DNA of 64,000 nt, from positions 25,206-89,205 of the forward strand of contig JANQJU010000095.1 in NCBI GenBank assembly GCA_028281495.1, given 5' to 3'. This document shows, piece after piece, positions 20,055 through 28,741 of this stretch (position 1 is its first letter; the number at the start of each line of letters is the position of its first letter). Both the position numbers and the translations under genes were made by a program. This DNA is from SAR324 cluster bacterium (GTDB taxonomy: Bacteria; SAR324; NAC60-12). The notes under the pieces were generated by a model. That model made no database searches. It was given only the letters and a program-made list of their open reading frames with translations, and had not been told where the DNA came from.

Positions 20055-21190
20055 TCGACTTCACGCTGATGAGTACGAACCTCATTATCAATTCTATACT
20101 TTCCTTTTGGATGGCTGCTTTGATCATTTCCATTAGCCTGAAAATCGTACCTTTGGGAATCAATCGAGGGAAACTCACCATCCTTCTGTTGCCGCTGGTG
20201 GTCCTAGTTTGGGATTGTTTGCAAGGGATCCCATCGAATTCCATTCTGTCGTTAGGATATGAAAAAGCTCAATGGATTTTTGCACATAAGATGGATCCTG
20301 GAATCAATCTGGGTGGAGCTATCGCAACATGGTTAGGGCCAACATTTGCGGTCAATTTTATCCTTTATCTGGAAACGCCAGCCGGTAATTATTCGATGAG
20401 TTATGTTGATTTTATTTTGCTATTCATGGATCGACGAGAAATTTTCATACTATTGTTGGTCGGGAGTCTTTTCATCATCTGTATTTCTTGTGTTCGAATT
20501 TTGCGACGGGCCTTCCATTATTATAGATTTAGCCAGCAGACTGGCTCCTTGCCAAATCCGACTCACGTTGTGCTGACACAAAAAATAGGCCCACCAAGAA
20601 AAATCCCCATTTTTCAGTCCAATGATCAATCGATGATTCCGTTTGCCGGAGGAATCATAAAACCCTTCATTCATATTCCGAAGTGGCTCGATTCAGTCCT
20701 CACCTCTCAAGAACAAAATGCTGTTCTTCAACATGAATTGGCCCATATTAAGCACCGAGACTTGATCCTCTTTTATGCTCTACAGTTTTTAACGGATCTC
20801 TTTTGGTTCATTCCAGGCATCTCACGTTGGAATAAAAAAATTTTATGCTTCATTGAACAACTAGCCGACCAAACCGCCATTCGTTCTGGAGTTGAACCTA
20901 CAGATTTGGCGTCTGCCATGATCAAATTGAAGCAGCACCACCTGAACTCAAACCAAGTATTTGGGATGTCTGTCAGTCCAAACACCATGTTTCAACAAAG
21001 AATCAATCTCTTATTACAACCCCCTCAGCTTTCCAGTTGGTTTGCTTCTACGTGTTGGGGTAAAATCGGAATCGGTTTCTTTTGGTTTTGGACATGTCTT
21101 GGTCTACAAGCAAACTTCCTGGGGAACCATGATTTAACCCCCCCCTTTCAGATGCCGGTGATGACTCTAATTTATCAATTATTTATTTAA
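20051..21190 (+). CDS. BlaR1-family M56 membrane metalloprotease/signal transducer. It lacks the C-terminal penicillin-binding sensor domain.
   Basis: N-terminal TM helices and the HELAHIKHRD zinc motif (HExxH) of peptidase M56. Length is 379 aa versus about 585 aa for full BlaR1/MecR1. Confidence 0.6.
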   Translation: MIDFTLMSTNLIINSILSFWMAALIISISLKIVPLGINRGKLTILLLPLVVLVWDCLQGIPSNSILSLGYEKAQWIFAHKMDPGINLGGAIATWLGPTFAVNFILYLETPAGNYSMSYVDFILLFMDRREIFILLLVGSLFIICISCVRILRRAFHYYRFSQQTGSLPNPTHVVLTQKIGPPRKIPIFQSNDQSMIPFAGGIIKPFIHIPKWLDSVLTSQEQNAVLQHELAHIKHRDLILFYALQFLTDLFWFIPGISRWNKKILCFIEQLADQTAIRSGVEPTDLASAMIKLKQHHLNSNQVFGMSVSPNTMFQQRINLLLQPPQLSSWFASTCWGKIGIGFFWFWTCLGLQANFLGNHDLTPPFQMPVMTLIYQLFI

Positions 21191-21230
21191 TCACCTACAA
21201 AACAGGAGGGTTAATAAATTTTTGTAACTT

Positions 21231-21254
21231 AAAATACTACACTTGTAGTATTTT
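21231..21254. promoter_or_regulatory. Second BlaI-type operator, AAAATACTACA-ct-TGTAGTATTTT, upstream of the beta-lactamase-family lipoprotein gene.
   Basis: Shares the TACTACA/TGTAGTA core with the palindrome at 19581-19602. Lies about 70 bp upstream of the 21322 start. Confidence 0.5.
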
Positions 21255-21321
21255 AATAATTAAAACAAGGATTGCAGGGGGCTATTTCTCTTCAATCATT
21301 ACGTTACAAAGGAGAGTAATC

Positions 21322-22584
21322 ATGAATCGACATATGCCAACCGCCATTTCATTGATATTAGGAATGGCTTTAGTTTTCATAGCTTCTTGTTCAACCACTA
21401 GCCCGTATCTTGATGTATCAGACCAGGAAAAACGGATAGAAATTTTAAGCAAGTGGTTAGAGTCGGAGCGAATTAAAAGCCATATCGCAGGAATGTCCAT
21501 TGTGATTGTACAAAATAACCGGGTACTGCTGAAACAAGGTTTTGGGTGGTCAAATGTTGAGGAGAAAATACCTGTAACCCCCAAGACGCTCTTTCCTATG
21601 GGTTGTTTAACAAAAACATTCACAGCAACACTCATTGCCAAGTTGGTTGATGAAGGTAAATTAGATTGGGATGATCCTGTGGCTAAGTATATTCCTGGTT
21701 TTAATCTGACGATAAAGAGTGACCATGAGAATGATACTGTAACCATTCGAGATTTACTCACCCATCGGGTAGGGATCGGTCTAACATCTAACAAAGGCTG
21801 GAATAATATGACGAGCCTAGAAGAAGTGCTGACAGCATTATCTGAAGAAAAACCAGCCGCTAGATTCAGAACAAGTTATCTCGATAATATTGCCCTGGAT
21901 ATGGCTGCAGGAGTTTCAGCAGGTAAGGCATCAAATTTGAGTTGGGCCGATTCCTTAAAGACTTTTTTACTAGGGCCGCTTGAAATGAGAAATTCTCAGG
22001 ATTTGGTCCTGCTAAAAAAGAAAAAACTCCGTCAATTTACGAGTTATGATTGGATAGAAAAAGAAGAAAAGTTTAAGAGCATTCCTTGGAAAAACGCTTT
22101 TGTGGATAACAATCCAGCAGCAGGGTTGGTTTCTAATGCAGAGGATATGGGCAAATGGCTAAAGTTTCTATTGAATCAAGGCAAATTTAATCGCCAACAG
22201 GTTGTGAGTGCAGAACAATTACAAGAAACTTGGACCCCTCAGATTGATTTGCCATGGCAGTGGGCCGTTGACCTCAAATTTTCAAAGGGAATATTGGGTG
22301 GAGATGCCGCAGAATATTACGGAATGGGATGGGTGATTGGAGAGAAAAAGGGACAAAAAGTCATCGCGACGAGAGGGCGTTATTCAAAGTTCCGTTCTCG
22401 AATGGTTTTGCTTCCTGATACAAACGTTGGTTTTGTTGTAATGGGAAACTCCCCCGGACACAATTCGGATTTATATTCAAAGTTGATAGATAATATCTTT
22501 GAAGCTGTGTTAGGCAGCCGAAGCCACGACCCAAATGCGACACACGACCCACAACCACACATACCACTTCACCAAACCCGCTAA
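21322..22584 (+). CDS. Beta-lactamase/transpeptidase-fold lipoprotein (class C beta-lactamase family) with Cys in place of the catalytic Ser (C-L-T-K instead of S-x-x-K).
   Basis: Lipobox signal (LVFIASC). FPMGCLTKTFTATLIAKLVDEGKLDWDDP aligns with the class C/AmpC-family motif ...GSVSKTFTATL.... The Cys codon TGT is at 21604-21606. Confidence 0.55.
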   Translation: MNRHMPTAISLILGMALVFIASCSTTSPYLDVSDQEKRIEILSKWLESERIKSHIAGMSIVIVQNNRVLLKQGFGWSNVEEKIPVTPKTLFPMGCLTKTFTATLIAKLVDEGKLDWDDPVAKYIPGFNLTIKSDHENDTVTIRDLLTHRVGIGLTSNKGWNNMTSLEEVLTALSEEKPAARFRTSYLDNIALDMAAGVSAGKASNLSWADSLKTFLLGPLEMRNSQDLVLLKKKKLRQFTSYDWIEKEEKFKSIPWKNAFVDNNPAAGLVSNAEDMGKWLKFLLNQGKFNRQQVVSAEQLQETWTPQIDLPWQWAVDLKFSKGILGGDAAEYYGMGWVIGEKKGQKVIATRGRYSKFRSRMVLLPDTNVGFVVMGNSPGHNSDLYSKLIDNIFEAVLGSRSHDPNATHDPQPHIPLHQTR

Positions 22585-22835
22585 TAAGCGAAGATCTTCG
22601 GCCTGAAGTGCTTTCGATCCGACGTACCAGATCGTCTTTCTCATCCAAATTGAAGTCGATTCGTTGATCGGTCACTTCGCTTTCCAAGTCACGTTGCTCC
22701 CGAAGCCGTTTGCCTTTACCCATTGATTCCTTTTAGTCATGAAAAACTTTCCATAACCAAAATTAACACCAATTCGCAAATGATTTGTGGATGGAGTCAT
22801 TTGTGGAGAAATCGTTTGAAAACCACAAAATTTCA

Positions 22836-23819
22836 TCAAAATCTTAATTGAAAAGTAAATCTTGGAGCCAAAGTTCTTGAAGATTCTGGATCATCAAAGT
22901 TACTGGCATCTTCTCCCGGCTTTGCCTTCATATCTTTGGCTCTTTGAAGGCGTCGACCATCCGTGATGGTATTTGCCCCAAAATGGATTGCTATGGCCAA
23001 ATCCAAATCAAAATTAGGATTTGCCCCGTGATACACCCAACCGGTATACATAGAATCTACAAAGAGAATAAGATCAAATTCTCCGTGGAGAAGGGTGAAG
23101 ATCACGCTAGAAACAAAATTGCTGCTCCAGCGAGCCATACTGTGAGAAAGTGAATCTTTAAAAAGATGATAGAACCAGTTCTGGATGATTCCTCGGCTGA
23201 GCAGTTCCTCTCCGATACTGGTTAAGTAGGCGTTAACTAAGGTCCAGTTTTGAAGGTCCTCTTTTGTATAGCCATCTGTGTGGTAAACAAACTTTGGAGT
23301 TTCCTGGGTTTCAGTTTGTAGGGCCACTCCAGGATAAAAGGTCGGTTCCAGAAGATAATCCCAAAACTTCAAAGGAGATAAAAAATAGCCATAAGTTTCA
23401 TTATTATACTCACAGGTTTTATCATACAGATCCTGGCTCGTAATTTGCCAAAAGGCAAAGTAGATTCTCCAATAGTTTGCTGCCATAAAATTTTCATATG
23501 GCATAAAAACATCGACCTGGTCTTCATGCCGATAAGGACCTCCATGCTCATCACTGGTGTCCCGGTAGATTTTTTCATCATCGGGTTCAAAATCTTTATG
23601 ATTACGAAAATAGATCGTGCGTTCCAGAGAAAGCCATCGAGTTATACCGAAGGTCAAGGCTTTATCATATTGTCCCAGCCTAGAGTACCCTACTCCTGGT
23701 AAAAGCGTTTCTATCGCCCAAGTGCCCCAGCATTTTGAGATAGAAGTGGCATTGATCGAAGTCGTTAGTACAAAATAGATGGCCACTGAAAGCGCGATAT
23801 CCAAATTTTTTTTAACCAT
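22836..23819 (-). CDS. CPBP-family (CAAX protease/Abi-like) intramembrane protease-like protein.
   Basis: EELLSRG (EExxxR), FYHLF and LLHGEFD (HxxxD/N) motifs in a hydrophobic C-terminal region. Confidence 0.4.
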   Translation of the reverse strand: MVKKNLDIALSVAIYFVLTTSINATSISKCWGTWAIETLLPGVGYSRLGQYDKALTFGITRWLSLERTIYFRNHKDFEPDDEKIYRDTSDEHGGPYRHEDQVDVFMPYENFMAANYWRIYFAFWQITSQDLYDKTCEYNNETYGYFLSPLKFWDYLLEPTFYPGVALQTETQETPKFVYHTDGYTKEDLQNWTLVNAYLTSIGEELLSRGIIQNWFYHLFKDSLSHSMARWSSNFVSSVIFTLLHGEFDLILFVDSMYTGWVYHGANPNFDLDLAIAIHFGANTITDGRRLQRAKDMKAKPGEDASNFDDPESSRTLAPRFTFQLRF

Positions 23820-24039
23820 GATCCACTTTCTATTTTAAATATATAAGTTCTACCCAAACCAACTTCCGCCTTGAAGCTTGAAAAAACAATACTTGTTGGA
23901 TCCATGTTTGATATCAAACCCATTGATTTTCAAAGTTTTTTTCATGAACGGTTGGTATTCAGCACTGAACGGTAGAAAAAGTGAATATGGGTTATTCTGC
24001 TAACATTTAGATATCGCGAAAATTCTCAAATTTTATCAT

Positions 24040-25023
24040 ATGCTCAAAAAGATTATAAAAAGGCTTCAACAGCTCGTTCAATTTCCTCTGCCTTATCCAG
24101 ATAGATTTTCAGGCAGAATACAGATTTATAGTTTATACGCCACCTTAGGAGGAGGTTTTGCTTTTGCCATTGATTATTTTTCGTACCCTGAAACAAATTG
24201 GGACGATTTTTCTTTGAGCTTGATTTATCTATTGCGAGCAGGAGTGGCGTATTTTTTTGCTTGTTTGATTATTGATGAATACTTAATGCCTCTGCTGCCT
24301 AAGGGGTGGGGGAAGCATTCAAATCGTACGGTAGGTAAAAATTGGATTGTTCAACTGGGAATAGCGAGTTTGTTTTTTCTCTGTATTGAGGTTTCTGATC
24401 TCTTCCTCATCCCTCTGCTCCAAGGTCTTGGATTTCCGTCAAATGTTGATCACTTTGCCTTTTGGGAAGAGTATTTCAGGATCTTACCTTATCTGGCTGT
24501 GATTATGTTTATAGTCATGACATTTCAAAAAAAAATGAATTATTTTTATCAATTACAAGATGCCAAAAAGATCAATCAACTTTTGATAGGAAAACATGAA
24601 CTTTTCGATCCTCCCAATAATTCGAATGTTTTATCTACAGAATCGAATCAGAGTAAGCCCTCCTTTTCTCCTGAAAAACTGATTCTACATACAGCTCAGG
24701 GGCAAGAGTTGGTCGAATTGAATTCAATCATTTATATAAAGGTCAAAGAACATTCCACTCAACTGTTTATTGACAAACTAGGGGGAATGAAAACCATTTA
24801 TGTTTCAACCTCTTTAAAAGAACTTAAGGAAAAACTGCCTGAATCGTCTTTTATTCAGACACATCGGTCATATATTGGAAATTTAAAATTTGCCAATCGA
24901 GTCGTAAATTATGGTGGAAAATATTTGCTTTATCTCAAAGAAGATCAATACTCTATTCCGATTAGTCGAAGACGGTTCTCTGAAACTTCAAAAAAGATAA
25001 AAGAGTGCTATAAAAACGATTAG
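24040..25023 (+). CDS. Membrane-anchored LytTR-domain DNA-binding regulator.
   Basis: Five to six N-terminal TM helices followed by a LytTR-like C-terminal domain (...IYIKVKEHSTQLFIDKLGGMKTIYVSTSLKELKEKLPESSFIQTHRSYIGNL...). Confidence 0.5.
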   Translation: MLKKIIKRLQQLVQFPLPYPDRFSGRIQIYSLYATLGGGFAFAIDYFSYPETNWDDFSLSLIYLLRAGVAYFFACLIIDEYLMPLLPKGWGKHSNRTVGKNWIVQLGIASLFFLCIEVSDLFLIPLLQGLGFPSNVDHFAFWEEYFRILPYLAVIMFIVMTFQKKMNYFYQLQDAKKINQLLIGKHELFDPPNNSNVLSTESNQSKPSFSPEKLILHTAQGQELVELNSIIYIKVKEHSTQLFIDKLGGMKTIYVSTSLKELKEKLPESSFIQTHRSYIGNLKFANRVVNYGGKYLLYLKEDQYSIPISRRRFSETSKKIKECYKND

Positions 25024-25467
25024 AGAAGAGGCTCTACTTTTCTACAATGCCAATCCTCCAAACCATTCCGGTGTAACAAAGATTCCGCCCCTGAAAGAAC
25101 ACTCATCTCGGCCAGGAACACCGAAGTCCCACGATAACGGTTAGTTTCCGACTCATACGATTTTTCATTATCAATCATTTCTATAAACTGAATCTTTTAT
25201 TTCCCTCAGTATCAATGAAAAAGAGCTGTGTTAGCCGTCAATTCACAGCCTGCTCCAACATGACTTGGCTGAAATCCTTCGCTACCGATCTATTTGGGGT
25301 TCCGGCGAGGTACGCAGGCTCGTCGAGCTTATCTGACATCGCTGGAAGCGATCCGTATACCCCATGTTTCGCTCAACCTACGCTTCAATCAGGGAGATAT
25401 CGAAACAATGTTGAAACGTCTGACCGATGACATACTGGCACATTTCATTGAATGAGGGAGAGAGACT

Positions 25468-26261
25468 ATGCAAAAAATCATTCTTGTTACCGGTTCAACT
25501 GACGGCATCGGGCTAGCTACGGCCAAGATGCTGGTCTCGCAGGGCCACCACGTCCTGCTACACGGCCGCAATCCAGCAAAATTGGAGGAGGCAGAAAAAA
25601 CCCTTTCCAGGCTATCAGGGGGAGGAAGTATTGAAAGCTATGTGGCGGATCTATCGGTTATAAACGATGTGATGGCACTCACGAACACCGTGGCGGAACG
25701 GACCCCTAAACTCGATGTGCTGATCAACAACGCGGGTGTCTATCGGACGGCCAATCTCGTCACGCAGGACGGATTGGATGTGCGGTTTGTTGTCAACACG
25801 ATTGCCTTTATCTGCTGACTCAACGGCTTATGCCGCTGCTTGGAGTTTCCGGACGAGTAATCAATCTTTCTTCTGCTGCTCAGTCTCCTGTTGATCCCAA
25901 GGCGATGGTGGGACAGGTCCAGCTATCTGACTTTGAAGCTTATGCGCAAAGTAAATTGGCGCTGACTATATGGTCCCGTAGTATGGCGCTTTCGCTCCAG
26001 GATAACGGCCCGGCAATCATCGCGGTTAACCCTGGATCGATGCTCGGCAGCAAGATGGTGAAAGAAGCCTTTGGAGTCGCTGGCGGCGATATCCGTATAG
26101 GCGCAGAAATTCTCAGCCGCGCAATACTGATCCAGTGCCCACTGCCCACATTGAAAACGAGTGCAGTCATGAGAGGTATTCAACAGGACGGGCCGACCCA
26201 ATTTCTGGTCATTCATCAAACACTCCCGGTTCCGTCATCAAGGTCTGAAGCGCGGGAATGA
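25468..26261 (+). pseudogene. Short-chain dehydrogenase/reductase (SDR) gene split by a frameshift near nt 25818-25830.
   Basis: The N-terminal half has TGSTDGIGLATA (the SDR cofactor motif). The C-terminal half (25830..) has the YAQSK (YxxxK) active site. The two halves lie in different frames, and the 3' extension runs into the antitoxin gene on the opposite strand. Confidence 0.5.
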
Positions 26262-26499
26262 CTTGAGGGGGACGGTCCAGAGCCTTACAGAAGGCTTCCC
26301 ATTGCTCGTCCGAAAGTTTGAACTGATTTTGTTCGGCTAAAATAGCTTTGGCGGCCTCATAGGCGTTTTCAAGAATAAAATCACTGACGGTTTTCTGACG
26401 AAGTTGTGCCGCTCGGGTGATCAATTCTTTTTGAGAATGGCTTGCTCGTATATTGAGCCGTGTACTTTTTTTGACCCTTTCAGGGGATCGCTCTGGCAT
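26209..26499 (-). CDS. Orphan DUF1778 (TacA-like) antitoxin with no cognate GNAT toxin gene downstream.
   Basis: ...STRLNIRASHSQKELITRAAQLRQKTVSDFILENAYEAAKAILAEQNQFKLSDEQWEAFCKALD... is closely similar to TacA-type antitoxins. The region where the toxin should be (below nt 26209) is occupied by the SDR 3' end. Confidence 0.6.
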   Translation of the reverse strand: MPERSPERVKKSTRLNIRASHSQKELITRAAQLRQKTVSDFILENAYEAAKAILAEQNQFKLSDEQWEAFCKALDRPPQVIPALQTLMTEPGVFDE

Positions 26500-26811
26500 G
26501 ATGATACTCCGCTTGAGAGTTGGGGGTCTAAATGGAATACTTATTTTAACAGCGTGTACTCACATTGTACATCAAGCTTTCATAATTCCAACCCATGGGA
26601 TGTCTATAAATTTACAGATAGCATTAAGGATTTTCGTGCTGCTTATGGTAGATAAAATCAACGATAGACAGGTTGAAAAAATCCAAACATTCTTATTGGG
26701 ATTGCTTTAGGAAGTGTGATAATTAGCTTGGTAGTTTATTTCGAAATCCAACAATTCCTTGCAGGTGGGGAGAGATCTTTTTGTTAATCAATTCTGTATT
26801 GAGGAAAGTTT

Positions 26812-28620
26812 ATGGATGCTCCTTCTTTGGCATTTAGGTGTTCAGACGAAGAAACAGCAAAAACGATACAATTGCTAGCCGATTTGATTCAAACGTTGCG
26901 AACCGCTCACACCTTTGACGACAGTGCCGATGCATTTCTCAAAAAGAGTCAACGATTGGTGGAAGATGGCTTATGGGATGGGGATTATGTAGGACAAGGC
27001 ATGGTATTGCGAAGCATGGTCCATTTACGTCCTTTTGGCGAATATCAAAGTCTTCATGTGCTGCATCGAGAAGAACGGCTAGCAGCGACTTTGTCAAAAG
27101 AAAGCTGGCTCCCTTCTATGACGGCTTGGGAATGGATCGATCGTTATCAAATTCCCTTAGAAATCGATTTAGTGGCTAAAACAATCCGCTTTCATTCCCT
27201 CTTTCGGGTGGAGGCGATTCATCAAGAGACAGTCTTGCCACACCCGTCGTCTCAAACCGCATTCACTGGAAATGTGACAGCGAAACGCCTCGTCGCACGA
27301 AATGTGACTCACCTTTTGGTGGTGCCCTTGTTTGGGCCAACCCAAGAAACGCTGGGGATGGTTTCTATTGAAGTCAATTGCCAACCGGCGATTGGAAAGG
27401 CGTTATTGCCCACAATTTATTTTCAATATTTGTCGTTGCTTTCTGAAGTCGCTGGTCCTTTTTTTATCATCCATCCACAGGCACCTCTGAGCCAAGAAAT
27501 GGCAGGGGATGAGTTATTGCCAATCATTGGGCAAAAAATGAAATCCATCCTTTCCTTCTTAAAAGTATTTGCCACGCATGAGGAAACCTTATTGATTTCT
27601 GGCGAGACTGGTGTGGGAAAATCCAGACTGGCCTTATGGTGCCACGCTCATTCTGCCCATCAGGATCACAACTTTGAAATCTTGGATTTGTCGACCATTC
27701 CCGAAGATATGCAATTGCCCGAATTGTTCGGTTGGAAAAAAGGAGCGTTTACCGGAGCGATTCAAGATTATAAAGGTGCTTTGGTTCGAGCCGAAAATGG
27801 CACGTTATTCATTGATGAAATTGACAAACTGTCCTTAAAAGCCCAAGCGGGTTTGTTGCAAGTCTTAGAGAGCCGACAATACCGTCCGTTGGGGAACAAC
27901 CGTGAATCTCTCAAAGCCAATGTCCGTTTCATTGTGGGGACCAATGCGAATTTGAAAGAGTCGGTACAACAAGGACGCTTCCGAGAAGATTTATATTATC
28001 GTATCAACGTGATTCCGGTGCACCTACCCACTTTACGAGAACGTCGTGATGAAATCCCCCACTGGGCCACCTATATGGTGCAACGAAAACATCGAGAGTT
28101 GGAGAAATTGGGAACCGTTTTTTTTGATGCGGAGGCTTTAGTGTGTTTGGAAAAACAGACTTGGCCAGGGAATCTTCGGCAGTTGGACAACACGGTACGT
28201 CGTGCCTACCTCATAGCACTGAGCGACGTTCGGGCCAAATCCCCGGACTTGGTATTAAAGCGATCTCACTTGGAACAAGCTTTGGCCTTGGACTTTCCCC
28301 ATGCTCAATCGTCGAGCTCTTCTCTGGGAGAATCGTTGAAACAGGCGGCTTCCGCCTTTGTCGAACAAGCCTTGGATCGCTTTGAGAACGCAGACCCCCT
28401 GGACCTCAACAGTACCGATTGTTTCCGAGGCTTGGTGCTTCTCCAAGCAATGGAGCGATTGCAGGATAAGAAACAAGTCTACCAAATGTTTGGCAAAGAC
28501 AAATCGATCAAAAACCGAAACTATCACCGAGAACTCAAACAAGAGCTTCAAAAGGCCAATCACTTGTTCCAGTCTTTAGGCATTTCCGAAGTCGAACTGC
28601 CTAAAGACTGGAACCTGTAA
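26812..28620 (+). CDS. Sigma-54-dependent transcriptional activator (bacterial enhancer-binding protein) with an uncharacterised N-terminal sensory domain.
   Basis: AAA+ Walker A GETGVGKS, the diagnostic sigma54-contact motif GAFTGA (KGAFTGAIQ), and the arginine-finger region ESRQYRPLG. Confidence 0.7.
   Translation: MDAPSLAFRCSDEETAKTIQLLADLIQTLRTAHTFDDSADAFLKKSQRLVEDGLWDGDYVGQGMVLRSMVHLRPFGEYQSLHVLHREERLAATLSKESWLPSMTAWEWIDRYQIPLEIDLVAKTIRFHSLFRVEAIHQETVLPHPSSQTAFTGNVTAKRLVARNVTHLLVVPLFGPTQETLGMVSIEVNCQPAIGKALLPTIYFQYLSLLSEVAGPFFIIHPQAPLSQEMAGDELLPIIGQKMKSILSFLKVFATHEETLLISGETGVGKSRLALWCHAHSAHQDHNFEILDLSTIPEDMQLPELFGWKKGAFTGAIQDYKGALVRAENGTLFIDEIDKLSLKAQAGLLQVLESRQYRPLGNNRESLKANVRFIVGTNANLKESVQQGRFREDLYYRINVIPVHLPTLRERRDEIPHWATYMVQRKHRELEKLGTVFFDAEALVCLEKQTWPGNLRQLDNTVRRAYLIALSDVRAKSPDLVLKRSHLEQALALDFPHAQSSSSSLGESLKQAASAFVEQALDRFENADPLDLNSTDCFRGLVLLQAMERLQDKKQVYQMFGKDKSIKNRNYHRELKQELQKANHLFQSLGISEVELPKDWNL
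28567..28613. repeat. Perfect 16-bp inverted repeat (TTCCAGTCTTTAGGCA ... TGCCTAAAGACTGGAA) with a 15-nt spacer, inside the last codons of the sigma54 activator gene.
   Basis: Read directly from the sequence. It makes both strands encode ...SLG..PKDWN.. peptides, which produces the artefactual ORF 28560..28745(-). Confidence 0.6.
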
Positions 28621-28665
28621 TCTTTGAGAGAATCGATTCCTTCAAAGACCTCCTTTTGTCCATCA
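28621..28665 (+). terminator. Possible intrinsic terminator after the sigma54 activator gene: hairpin TCTTTGAG-agaatcgattcc-TTCAAAGA followed by CCTCCTTTTGT.
   Basis: Inverted repeat plus a T-rich tract, immediately 3' of the stop codon at 28618-28620. Confidence 0.35.
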
Positions 28666-28741
28666 GAATAAACAACGGTATATTTTTTGTCTTTGAGCGA
28701 AGCTGGATCACAGGACGCATCTCGAATAAACGCATAGAGAA

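Noticed and set aside
22586-22600. Perfect 12-bp palindrome CGAAGATCTTCG just after the lipoprotein stop codon, considered as a terminator.
   Set aside because: It has no loop and no downstream U-tract. It is more likely a chance palindrome containing a BglII-like site.
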